Source: Pelomyxa schiedti
Lineage: Eukaryota; Protista; Evosea
Reading direction: 5' to 3'
Assembly (NCBI GenBank): GCA_020536535.1
Contig: JAHLWZ010000361.1
Span: forward strand, 1-40,021
Length of the DNA stretch: 40,021 bases
The notes below the pieces were generated by a model that worked only from the letters and a program-made list of their open reading frames with translations, searched no databases and was not told where the DNA came from. A program made the translations under genes and the position numbers. Position 1 is the stretch's first letter, and each line of letters begins with the position of its first letter. Positions 19,938-31,963 of the stretch are shown piece after piece.

Positions 19938-21826
19938 TTACAAGATGATACAGTGGTGCTTTTGTTTGGGTGCTGTTGTTGAAGATGCTTCAGTTGCTGT
20001 TGTTGTTTTTGGCGGTGCAGTTTTTTCTGTTGATTCCTTGTTGCTGGTTGCTGTGCCTGAGCCTGATGTAGTACTGGTAGTACCACCACCACTGGGCGTT
20101 ATGAGCCGGCGGGAGGGTGACACAGCCTGGGTTGTGGCTACGGCCGGGAGAGGCTCCCCTGTGAACACAAAAGGGAATCCGTTCTCGTCTGCCCACGTTT
20201 TGATGGTCTTCATGACAGTCGCGTTCGTCTTGTGCCGGATGTTTATCACGGCGCCGGCAACGTGGTCCTTGAAGGCAACTGGCCCGTGGACTTGGACCTC
20301 CTTGTAACTGTAAATGCAAGAGCTGTCTTTGTGAATTCTGTGTAATAATGTTAGGGCAAAGATAGAGTACTGGCGGAATGGAGTGAGTGTGTTTGCTGGT
20401 TGGGATTTTTGGATTTAAGGGTATCTGGGAACGCACTTTAATGGGTCTTCGGCAACACTCAGGGTTGCGGAGATTTCTACGTCGTTGTATTGCTGGAGGA
20501 CATGGGCATACCATTCACATGACGAAATTTGAACACTGCTCTGCGAAGTGTCCGCATTGGCAAAGCTCGTTCTCAGGCGGACACGCCGGAGGACCAGGAA
20601 GGAGTCCCCATAAGAGCTGCAGCATCTGACTCCATTCAGGTCCTGCAATTACAACACGTGAACAACACTGGATAGAACCTGAGCATACTTACATTCACCA
20701 TGTTGAGAACACCGTATTTTGGCCTATCAAAGCCTGGGCAATCGTGTGGGTATGTCCGGTTGAATATCCGGTCTTCCCATTCCATCCTTCGGGAGTGACC
20801 GGCTTCATACCAGCCCCCACTGGTTTTGGTCTCAAACTAAATATGCATGGAAAAAGGTAAGTTCAAAGGCATTTTATTGTGGAACAAAAAACCTGATTCC
20901 GATAGTGTGTGTCCTTTGAAAAGAAGTTCATGACTTTATCCACATTGAAGTGCACAATGATTGGAGCATCATCCCGAATGTACCTCAGCACTTTCTGGAG
21001 TGCATCTTCCCCAGAGTCCTGCTTGGAAATTCGGGCCAAGCGAGGAATCAACGGGGTCTTGGCTGCTTCACTGAGTGGCTTGGCCCTGCTCACCTCGTAG
21101 CACAGTAGAATCAGGATAAAAAAATCACGAAATGGAAATACTTACAACATATGCCATTGCCTGAGGAAAAGGAAAAGGAAAAGGAAAAGGAAAAGGAAAA
21201 GGAAAAGGAAAAGGAAAAGGAAAAGGAAAAGGAAAAGGTACAAAAAAGGTCAGTGAGAGGTGGAAACACTTTCAAGAAAGTTGATCAACCTGTTCTTGGC
21301 ATTTGTTCAAGCACCCAACCGCTTGCACTTCTTCAGGAGGAGGAAGAAAACATTTGCTCATATCCACCAAGTTTGGGTTGATATCCGGATTCATGTCTGC
21401 CAATCACGTGGCGCCAAAAATTAGCAAACAATCAACTCTCACCAACACACAAAACACATAAACACACACAAAAACTACACACAACACACAACACACACAC
21501 ACACACAACACACTTGGGGGTGCGCCGCCTGCGCGGTGCTGCGTTGTTGTTGAATCAGTCAAGAACCCATCCACTTCGTCGTCGTAATCGTCGTCGTCGG
21601 CGACGCCGCCACCGCCCCCGCCGCCGCCGTCATCGTCGTCGTCGTAGTAGTAGTCGCCCACGCTGCTGGCCGTCAGCATCGACCGCGTGAGGTGGTCGCG
21701 GTCGCGCTTGGCCGCCGTGATGGCTGTGGCCGGTGTGGTCACAGCGGATTCCATCGCCGGAGTCGGCGCGGGTGACGATGGCTCCTCGCTGGCGGCCGTT
21801 GCTGTGTGTGATGATGGGTCGCCCAT
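19938..21826 (-). CDS. DUF3626-like protein (multi-exon); the start is duplicated at 22047 by an assembly overlap
   Basis: Motifs IIVHF, HYRNQ|FETKTSGG, WEDRIF, DRPKYGVLN, YGDSFLVL, RLRTSF and YKEVQVHG, recognised from memory as DUF3626 family signatures. Confidence 0.7.
21165..21237. repeat. (GGAAAA)n microsatellite in an intron (polypyrimidine tract on the minus strand)
   Basis: About 12 perfect hexamer copies immediately upstream of a cctcag acceptor. Confidence 0.95.
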
Positions 21827-22243
21827 TTTAAGTGTTCTGTGNNNNNNNNNNNNNNNNNNNNNNNNNNNNNNNNNNNNNNNNNNNNNNNNNNNNNNNNNNN
21901 NNNNNNNNNNNNNNNNNNNNNNNNNNNNNNNNNNNNNNNNNTGGCTGTGGCCGGTGTGGTCACAGCGGATTCCATCGCCGGAGTCGGCGCGGGTGACGAT
22001 GGCTCCTCGCTGGCGGCCGTTGCTGTGTGTGATGATGGGTCGCCCATTTTAAGTGTTCTGTGAATTAATGTTTTCCTGGAACAGAATTCTCGAGACGATG
22101 CCCCCCTGTTGTGCGTTTACTGTGACAGAGCCTGCTGAGAGCGAAAATTGACCAAAATGAAAATCTCACTGGGCTGTTTGTTGTTGCTGTTGTTTTCAAG
22201 TGTGCAAGGTATAGGTCCGGTTGGGGAATGTTGTTGATGAGGA

Positions 22244-25200
22244 TTATGATGATGATGAGTGAGTGTTGGGAGGGCGGCCGGGGAATGATGCGGCCATGTT
22301 TGCGAGGCACGTGGTGATGTGTGCGGTCGCGTCGTGGTTGTCGCTTGTTGTTGTTGTTGATGTGGCGAAGTTTGTTGCGGAGGTACCGAAACTTGTGAAT
22401 ACGATCTCGGCACATGTCATCAGCATTCTCTCTATCACCGGAAACGATGGCCGGTTGATCTCTGTGTGTGTGCTGGTGAGTTATGTGGTGATATGGGAAT
22501 ATTAATTTACATTTAATCGCTGTTTGATAGTTACCACTTGTATTATTAGCTTCTCCACTTCACCCACCCCCCTTTGTTGTTGTCGCAGTCACATTAATTT
22601 CAAATGGATTGGGGTAATTCCAAGGAGGGAAGGAACGAACCGAGGATTGAGAGACAAGACTCAACAACGATTGAGAACTGACCAACGCACGCAGGGTGCA
22701 CGTTGCTCAACTCTGGGTCCAACCGCAGTGCCTCAATGATTGCATTCCTTCGGCTGAGGCACTCCGCAACGGGATAATCTCCAGCATCAGTGCAAAGCCG
22801 GTCCACCTCTGTGTGGGTTGTGAGTCACAGTGAAAAGGGAGAAAACTCCTTTTTATTGCATGCAGACAACGAACCGGCAATTTCCGGGGGTGACAGCTGA
22901 GTTCTCTGGACTCTGATGAACTCATGAATCTGAATGGCAGCCTTTGGAACCGTGGCCTCTGGTGTGGTGCCTCTGAGAATTTCACTCAACAAAACTGCAA
23001 ACTCCCACATGTCACCTGGAGATGGATCATCAGTGTGAACAGTATATGATTTTCTAAACCTTTGATTCCGTAATGACAAGTGTGCATCTGCGGGGAAAGG
23101 TAAACCGGTGTTCCAGCCCCATTTGTGAAAGTACGAAGTAGAACCGCACCATTGCTTGGGAGAGCTCTCGACACTCCTGCAATTCACACAAGTTACAAAT
23201 TACGATGATGTTGTGACATGAGGAGTAACAATACCAAAATCAGCAATCTTTGGAATTCCACAAGAATCCAGGAGAACATTGTTGCTGCTCAGGTCTCTGT
23301 GCATGAAATTCCTCCTGTGTTGAATCAGTCGTTGGAGATGTAGTCAACAAAAGAGAAAAAGAGAGATCATCAAGAAACAAACATGTGGAGTGCAGTCATT
23401 CCTTTCGCAATCCCTGAAGAGACTGCAACAACCTCCATGAATGTCAAACTTTTCTGTGGAGTGTGTGTGAGCCCAACAAAGAAAGCGGGAGGAGGAAGGT
23501 GGGAGCAACAAAACAAACATGATGAAGGAGCTGCCTGAGGCTCAATTCCATGAGTTCAGAGACGATCCAGAGTGACCCTGTGCTCGTGATGCACGTTCCA
23601 AAGCATCTCACAATATTTGGGTGCCTCAAGCTCGATGAAATCTGTGTGTTTGTGTATTATGTGAGTTCAAACCACCGTCCCACTCACTCACCATAGCTTC
23701 TTGCCGAAATTGGGTGAAGTTGAATTCACTCCTTAATACGTCATGAAGTGCTTTTACTGCCACAAACGTTCTTGTTTCCGGTGACAATGACGAGGAGGAG
23801 GAAGTGGTTGCAGTTACGTTGGGAAGGAAGGTGCATTTGAAAACAGTTCCATACGACCCAGACCCAAGTGTGGACACAACCTTCAGGTCTGTCTCTTGNN
23901 NNNNNNNNNNNNNNNNNNNNNNNNNNNNNNNNNNNNNNNNNNNNNNNNNNNNNNNNNNNNNNNNNNNNNNNNNNNNNNNNNNNNNNNNNNNNNNNNNNGT
24001 GGTGCCGTGTTGTGTGTGGTTGGTTGAGAAAGGGGAAGGGGATGGTAATTAGTGAGCAGAACAAACAGTGTTGGAGATCAAGAAATCTTTGTTGGTCTGA
24101 TGCTCTTTCATCACTTTCTTCCATCAATGTTGCAATCAAGTCCCCCAGATCTTTTGTTTTTTGTTTTTTTTTGGAAGGAAAAAAGAGGGGAATTGAATTT
24201 GAACGACTAAAGAGAAAGAAATTTAAAGACCCTTGTTCCTTGCAGACAAGTCCAACAAATTTGCTTCTTTCTGTGGCAAGATGTGTTGAAAGAGACAGAT
24301 AGTACCATTCAGAAACAAACACCTCTTCATTCTGTTTCAGGTTCCTTGCGTTTTCTTCCTCCAATTGTCTGATACGGGCCTTCAGTTCTGTATTCTCTTC
24401 TGTTTCACAAAGTGTGAGGTGTGAGATGATGTTTGAATGTTTTAAGAAGAGGGGGTTGCTCTCAACTCATCTGTTGCTTTGCTGTGATTTCCCAGTTTCG
24501 TTGGATGGTGATCATGTCACCACCTTCTTCAAGTGTGTTGGATACCACATTGCAGGTCATGCTGGTGTTCAGTGTTCTTGTTGTAGTCGCTGTTGGTTGT
24601 TGCTGTAATAAGGTGGGTGATAATACTGGCGATGGTGGCTTGTTTGGAGCAGAGGCTGGTCGCGGTGGAGGGGCCACTCTCTGCGTTGTTGTTGATGTGG
24701 CTGTGAACAACTGCCGCACTTTATCATCGTTTGAGCACTCAAGGGCCGTTTTCCCACTCTTGTTCTGTGCCCAGCACACACGTAAATCACAACACAGTCA
24801 GGGGGGCAGGCATGGGTGAGGGCGGGGGAAAACCTTGATGTTGGTGTCAATCCCTACATATGAGAGAAGTTGCTTCACAATTTCAACATTTTCTGCTCTG
24901 CAGGCAATGTGAAGTGCAGTCTGAGAGTGGATGGAGAGATGAAAATTAAAAAGTTGTGTCAAACAGCAAGGAAAGAAGACACACATCACCCTTTCATTCA
25001 AAAGAGCCCAAAAAGAGATATGATATAAGCTGGGAGCACAAGTCAAGAAAAAAAAGACCATACTGCCTGATGAAAAACAAAAAAAAATAGAAGTGGATAA
25101 ACATATACCAAACACGCCAGACAGAGCCAAGGCAACGAGTGAATTGATGAGAATATTCAAAAAGAGTTGGATACGCACATTCTAAACAGGCCAGAAAGAA

Positions 25201-25802
25201 CAATTCAAGGAGTGAAAATTGAAACAAGTCAGTGAAATTGATGAATAATGAAAAGGGGTGGGGCCTTGGAAGATACACACATTCTAAACACAGAGTGAAG
25301 AAGAGAAAAATGACAAGTCAGAAGGAAACAGGAAGGTTTTTACACACATTCTGTGAAGTGAGAAAACAAGTTTGTTAGTGTGATGAGGACAAGTAGTGCC
25401 CAACAACAAACAAACCTTGGCATTGACGTTGATATTCATTGACAACAGGAACTCAACACACTGCGTTCTCCCACTTGCAGTGGCCGTATGCAACGCTGTC
25501 TGTGCGCGTGCCAATTATCAGCTTGGATGGAGTCCAAAACAAAAAAGGAGTGCAAGAAATAAAAAAAAAAAAAAATATTATGTGCGAAAGGTAAGAGGTG
25601 GGTGGTGCCCAAATCGATTTTATTTATTTTCTAGGCATAGGCACATAAAACCAACCGCATGATTCCACAGGTCTACGGAGTTGAGCAGCCCGGGGTCGGC
25701 GGACAGCATCCCCCGCAGCTTGTCTACGTCTCCAGATTGTGCGATGTAGAACCACTGATTGGGCCCAACCGGCGCGCGTCTCGTTGCGGCCGATGCAGCC
25801 AT
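22244..25802 (-). CDS. Ankyrin repeat - coiled coil - ubiquitin-like - TKL kinase (paralog K3); the Ubl region falls in gap 23899-23998
   Basis: ATG 25802 MAASAATRRAPVGPNQWFYIAQSGD; exon 2 25499-25416 TALHTATASG..NVNAK; microexons; exon 3 from 24920 TALHIACRAEN; NKSGKTALE; kinase GSGSYG, VAVK, HRDLSSNN, DFG, YLSPQ. Confidence 0.88.
24985..25350 (-). other. K3 microexon set: AAT 25348-50, AAT 25281-83, AAT 25179-81, GCA 25064-66, GGTGAT 24985-90, plus one decayed unit near 25100-25115
   Basis: cag AAT gtgtgt; tag AAT gtgtgt; tag AAT gtgcgt; cag GCA gtatgg; aag GGTGAT gtgtgt. Product NAK-N-N-N-A-GD-TALH. Confidence 0.8.
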
Positions 25803-25946
25803 CGAAAAAAGTTGGTGATAAAACGAAAACAACAAAGACCAGACCGCTCGATCGAGCAGAGATGGGTTTCCGGTCCCTTGATTATTCTGTTTTTTTTCTC
25901 TTTCACATCACCCAAGTGATTTGGGATTTTGAAAACTACATTTGCG

Positions 25947-28900
25947 TCAGTGGAATGTGGTGCTTGTTGCATTGCTGGTGGTGACAGTGTTGCTGTTGCT
26001 GTTGTTGCTGCTGTTACCCTTCAACTGAATCAGGTTCTGATAAGCGTGGCCAGCGGGATTGTCGATGGGGAACTTGGCAATGAATTCACCCAGCAATGCC
26101 TGGACCGCCTCGGCATTGTTGTCATTCCCGCTGCATAGGGCCTGATCAACCGCGGCATAGTTCTGCAGCATCACTTGGGTCTTGCTGTCAACTCTGTGTG
26201 CGTGTGTGGAACGAGTTAGAAAAGAACAGGAAAGATGAAAGAAGCTTCTTGGGTGGCTCACTTGAATGTGGACCCGACGAATTCATGAACCAAGATGGGA
26301 TCCTGGAAGCCGCGGACCTGTTGTGTGTGCGAGTGGTTTCGTTGTGTGAGGAATGGAATCTGGGAGAGGGAGAACACACAAAGATCTTGCCGAGGGCCCT
26401 GAATGAAAATGATTTGCAACAGGGATTCCGGATGCTGTCGGTAACAAGAACAGCGGTTCCGAACTCTTTGTTCAACGGTTCTAATCTCGCAGCAAGGTTG
26501 ACGGTGTTTCCTGTGATCATTGTTATTCTTGATATTTCGGAAGTGTTTCAGACACACCAAGTACAGTGTAATTCAATCTCTGGCTTGATCTGTAATTGAA
26601 TATATATATCAGAAGAATGATGGACGAGAGATAAATATTCAACCCGACATTGCCGGCCTTTACTTCTCCGTAGTGAAGCTGTGTGTTATTTAGAGATAAT
26701 ATTGAGGGTTGAACACTCACCCCAATGCGAATGTGCATGGTGATGTTGAACTTTTGAAGGAACATGGCATTTAATTTTGCGAGTTCTTCAAGGATTTCGT
26801 CCACTGCAACACATGAACGCATTTCGGGATCATTCAGAGTTTCTGGGCAACCCCACAGGGCCATGATAGCATCTCCGATGTACTGAACGTTGTGTGAGAT
26901 TGTTTTGCTGGAATGCAAAGGAACCAACCTTGTCAATTGTGCCTGAATTTCTCGTGATGATTGTTGAGAATGCTTCAAACATCACTGATAGAACTTCGAT
27001 GATGGTCTGAGCACCGAAGGCATCCATGTTTTTCGTCTGGAAATAAAGAGCGAGTGAGTAAAGAGCCATTGAGGCGGCGAGATATTCATCATACAAAATC
27101 GACAACGTCAAGGAACATCACAACGCACTTCATTCCGCGGAATCCCACCACTGGGCGCAGTTTGTATTTACATAGGTGTCTGCATGAGTATTAGTTTGCA
27201 GGAAAGTACTTCTGAGGAATTCTTGCACCTCACAACTTGTGTTGGAACGTATCTTAAGTAAGTAAGAATAGAAGAGAGAAAGCGGGGGAAAAAAGGGGGA
27301 CACTCACTGACTGAATGACTCCAGAGTGCTCTGCATGCTGCACACTTCAGTATTCAACTGTGTGAAACGGTCATAACCAATTACTGGGGATTTAATAATT
27401 ATTATGCACACCATGTCAATCTCTTTGATTGCACTTTTCTTCAAAACTGTGTAGCTCTCAGTCCTGCGTGCTTTTAAGTAAAAACAAAAACAAAAACAAA
27501 AACAAAAACAAAAACAAAAACAAAAACAAAAACAAAAACAAAAACAAAAACAANNNNNNNNNNNNNNNNNNNNNNNNNNNNNNNNNNNNNNNNNNNNNNN
27601 NNNNNNNNNNNNNNNNNNNNNNNNNNNNNNNNNNNNNNNNNNNNNNNNNNNNNAAAAACAAAAACAAAAACAAAAACAAAAACAAAAACAAAAACAAAAA
27701 CAAAAACAAAAACAAAAACAAAAACAAGCAGGGGGCACAACCTCGAGAATTTTCCCCTGGAAACACCATGCAACTTTGTAGTCACTCTCTTGAGGGCCGA
27801 TGCCAGAACAACAGCCAACGAAATGCTCAGGACAATTGTGCAAAGAGCGATAAACAGTTCCACAGCGAGGACTCCCCACAACGACTTGTGGGCATCTGCC
27901 TCCGCCTTGTCCTGCTGTGCTGTGATGTTCGAAAGGAAATCCTGCGTGTGAAACGAAAAGCCAATCAATCAGAAATCGAAGGGAACGAAAAAATGGCGAA
28001 GGGGTTTTTCTACGCACGCTTTCAGGAGTGACGAGAGTCAACCAGAGTACGAGGCCACCGTCCGCAGTTATGGGAACGACGTCGGCGTAGCATGGACCCT
28101 TGTCGGACAGAGTGACGACGAAATGTGCCTCCTGATGGATCTGATTCGTGTGATGGAGCCACGATTGTGCCGTGAGCCCAATCGACTCCTCTGAGCTATC
28201 TGTTGATTTCATGATTGTTCCATTTGGAAATGATATGTTCAGTCCTGGTGTGGCAGCCATCAACTTTGTTTGTGTAAGAGATATGCAAAGGTCAGTGCGA
28301 ATTGGGCTTTGGCGATTTGGAACCTGAAGTGTTGAATCAACAAGAAAGGCACTTCCGGTCTCGGTCAGGTTCATTGATGTGAAGTACTTCCTCATGGATA
28401 CAAGTGTGATTGTGATTTGGATGACTGCCGGGACTGGGATACCCATGACTCTCTTTGTGTAACCCATTGTGTACGCATTGGAGAAGTCTTTGTAAACGTT
28501 CGTCCATGCTCCGTCTATTGCTGAAAGGCCTGATTTCCTGTGGAATTGTTGATTTTCTTTTATTTGGTGAAATGGCAACACACCACCAAGCCTGTTTTGT
28601 GAAATTGTAATTTGGCAGACTTCCACTGATATTTTTTGTGGCCACGCCATCAATATACTTGTAGGACACAAGGGACAAACTGATTACGCTGTCATAAGCC
28701 ACATAGAATCCACCTGGAAATGAAATTAGTGAACTGATGTGCAGAGGCAATCGTACTTGAGAAGCGTTCATTGTAATCATGGTCACCATTCGAATTTTGG
28801 AAAGCAACCATCTTTTTCAAATTAATTGACAAAAGAGCAGAGATACACTCACGAGATTCACAAAGTCTTTCCACCCAATGTTTATTGGCTTCAGAATCTG

Positions 28901-29412
28901 CCTGAACTTTGATGAGTCTTCAGTCAATGTCACATCAGTTGTGAATGCTTCCTCTGGAATGGCACCCTCAATCAAATCGGCCACGTTTGGTGCCTGTTGG
29001 ACAACGGAACTTATGTTTGCCACTGCCTGCACAACCAACGACCTTCTGTACAGTTCCAAGGCCTTTTGCCAACAGTTAAAAGACAAAGGCGGGGAACGGA
29101 ATGAATGATACACACTTCAAGTAAGTTCGACTTCGCAGTTTGAGATACCGTGTTCAAGGACTCATTCCACTGCTGTGTCATTGGAACCAGACATACCACA
29201 ATTACACACAGCACGATGGCCACGGACGACCCTGGAACAATGACCTTGAGTGGAAGCGAACCCCAGCATCCCTTCTGTTTTTTGTTTGCGCTGTCAGATG
29301 AGGACACAGGCACTCCAATGACATCCAGGAAGTCGTCGTTGTTGCTTGTGGCTGTCAATGCTGTTGGTAGTTTGTTGCTGCTGTCCCCAACTTTATTGCT
29401 GTGGTAGTGCAT
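25947..29412 (-). CDS. Receptor-type class III adenylyl cyclase (TM - extracellular Cache-like sensor - TM - HAMP-like linker - cyclase)
   Basis: Hydrophobic segments VAIVLCVIVVCLV and LWGVLAVELFIALCTIVLSISLAVVL; YVPTQV; MFLDVVDF; IDK|YIGDAIMALWG; IRIG|LHYGEVKAGNVG; RLNYTVLG|NTVNLAARLE. Confidence 0.88.
27481..27726. repeat. (AAAAAC)n intronic microsatellite spanning a gap
   Basis: Perfect hexamer runs on both sides of N 27554-27653. Confidence 0.95.
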
Positions 29413-29914
29413 GCTGTGTTTGTATGTATACTTTTTTTTTTTTNNNNNNNNNNNNNNNNNNNNNNNNNNNNNNNNNNNNNNNNNNNNNNNNNNNNNNNNN
29501 NNNNNNNNNNNNNNNNNNNNNNNNNNNNNNNNNNNNNNNNNNNACCTCAGGCTTCGATCCGCCGCCGCCGGGGAACCGTGATGTATCCGCCGCCGCGAAA
29601 TTGGGTCTGTGGCACCTCAGGCCTCAGCGCCCTGACCAGGCTCAATTTGTGTGAGCAAAGTTTTGGGGGCCGAGGGACCCATAATTAATTATGCCGACAA
29701 GGAACTGATTGTTGTAAACTTGTACCGGCAGCTAAATTCCAATGTTCTCATTATTTATATAATATAATTGCTAGTACCGATGGAGTGTAATGTTTTATAA
29801 GAAATATATATCTTTGAGAGCCACTGGTTTAAACTTTTTTTTTTTAAAAAAAAAAGGGAATCACTTGCGGGACTCATCGGAATTTTAAATGTACAAAGGC
29901 GTGATATCTCTGAC

Positions 29915-31760
29915 ATGGAAATTTTATCGGCAGTACTGCAGTGCAACCACATGTTTTTGTGGCCATGCATGCAACCAATGACCATCACATGGAAATCTGC
30001 TTGGGCAATTCAAGAACTTCTCCCTTTTTACGCAAACGAGAGCCCACTTTGCCGAGTCCCAGTTATTGATGGCACCGTATCAGTGCACCTGTCTAATGAT
30101 TCTTGCATAGAGGGTCTGGATGCTGACCACACAGAGAATGTGGTGGCAACCCTTTTGAGGTATTTGAGTGGGCACTTTCGAGGCGAACTCACAGTCTGCA
30201 TCAAGTGCTGTCCAATCACAGAAAAAGTGAGCGCATCCTTATCATAGCATTTCTGGTCTTTGACCCACCTTGACCTCTCTGGATGTGACCTCAGTGCCGA
30301 GGGCGCCAACTTCACAATTGCCACGCACATTGCCTCATCTGGGACAATAAAAGCGTTCTCGGCACAGGGATGCAATATTTCTGGATGCGGTTTGTCTTAC
30401 TACGCTGCCATCATCGGAGAAGAACGTTCTGTGCTGGAACACATGTATTTTGACTGCAACACCGCAATTGGAGATGATGGAGCTCAGTGCATGGCTTCTG
30501 CTCTTTCTGCACTCTCAGACAATGTCGTTAAACTCAGGAGGATCACACTCCGACAATGTGGCATTGGACCAAAAGGGATTCTATCCTTGGCAAAGAGTGC
30601 CCTGCACAGCATGACAATCACGATGATAGTCTGCGACAATTGCCCCATTCCCAGAAAGAAATTGACCAAGGTATTTTCTTCTCAGCCGAAATTACTGGCG
30701 CCAGAAGAAGCGAAAGTCAGAATTACCGTGCTTGGAGATGGTGGAATTGGAACAAAATCTTCGTTGCTTGATTGGTTTGTCGGGGTAAGGAGTAAACTTA
30801 CCCAAATTCTTCACTCACCACATTGTCCAGTACCGGTGGAACGGCGAATATGACCCATCTGACGACAGGCATTAATTTTACAACAAAAAACCCGAAAGGG
30901 CTAATAAATCCTTCCAGTTACCAAACAGAAAGAGAGATTGATGGTGTTAGGGTTCGTATCAACATTTTAGATACAGGTATGAATCAAGTATTATTATTAA
31001 AGCTCACCAACCTGACTTGGGATAACAGCGGGATGTGTCAGGTATGCAAAACCGAGTACCATTTGTACTTTAATGTGTGTAGTTCTTTGAGGGAAAGGTA
31101 TGACTTCTGTTTGATTTATCGGAACAACTAAGGCAATTCCAGGCTCTACGGAGATGCTTTTTCTCTTGGGTTTTTCTTTTAATATTGCATATCCACCTTT
31201 TTACGTACTTTACAGGTATTCCATCACCTCCCGGCGGTCATTTGATGCCCTGGAGGTGACACATTCCACATTGCTAAAAATGAAAGAATGTTGTGACTAC
31301 CCGAAAGTGATTGTTGCCGCGAATACAGACACGGATTCCATAAGAGTGGTAAGATATTCCGAGGGAAAAGAACTAGCACGCAAGTTGAACGGACCCTTTT
31401 TTGAGATACAAAACCACTTTTCTTTCATACCCTCACACACCACCCTAGGCAAGTTCTGGTACCGACCAGAACATGGAGGAAGCATTCTGTGAACTTGTGA
31501 GGCAAGCTTTGCAATTCCGGAACCACCGGTTCTTTTACGCATGCGTGACCGCGGTTCCGCCAATCAAGAAGAAGGTCACACGGAAAGGAGGGAGCATTGC
31601 CTTACCGCGTCTGCACTTGGTTGAACCGGAACAGGTCACATTCAACCCCGACCTTATCGGCATGTGTTTCTCACTCCAAAAACAAAACACCCCATACTTA
31701 CCAACCAACTTACCTCATCCCTTCATTCCAGACTGGAGGCACAAAGCAACCACAGACTGA
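29915..31760 (+). CDS. RNI-like LRR fused to a divergent Ras-family GTPase domain; 3' end uncertain
   Basis: LRRs LTHLDLSGCDLSAEGA, IGDDGAQCMASAL, LRRITLRQCGIGPKG; GTPase RITVLGDGGIGTKSSL, EYDP, IDGVRVRINILDT|AG, YSITSRRSF, NMEEAFCELVR. Confidence 0.75.
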
Positions 31761-31963
31761 CACCCCCCCCAACCCCAAACCAAACAACCAAAATCCCACA
31801 ATCACCACTGGACTCTAATCTAATCCACACCCGATTCCATCTTGCATCTTAGATGTCCCCAACAAACCCACCAAGCGGCGCACGCACCATCAATCCCACC
31901 AACAGATCCGCCGAATCTGCTGGGTTCAAAAAGAAAAAAAAAAACCCCACACCAACTAGTCGA

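Noticed and set aside
21151-21381. EK-repeat ORF (and the KN/FC/FV repeat ORFs at 27429-28031)
   Set aside because: Translations of intronic hexamer microsatellites.
21721-22062. Direct repeat flanking the gap (21721-21841 = 21942-22062)
   Set aside because: Exactly 121 bp, the same as other contig overlaps; an assembly artefact.
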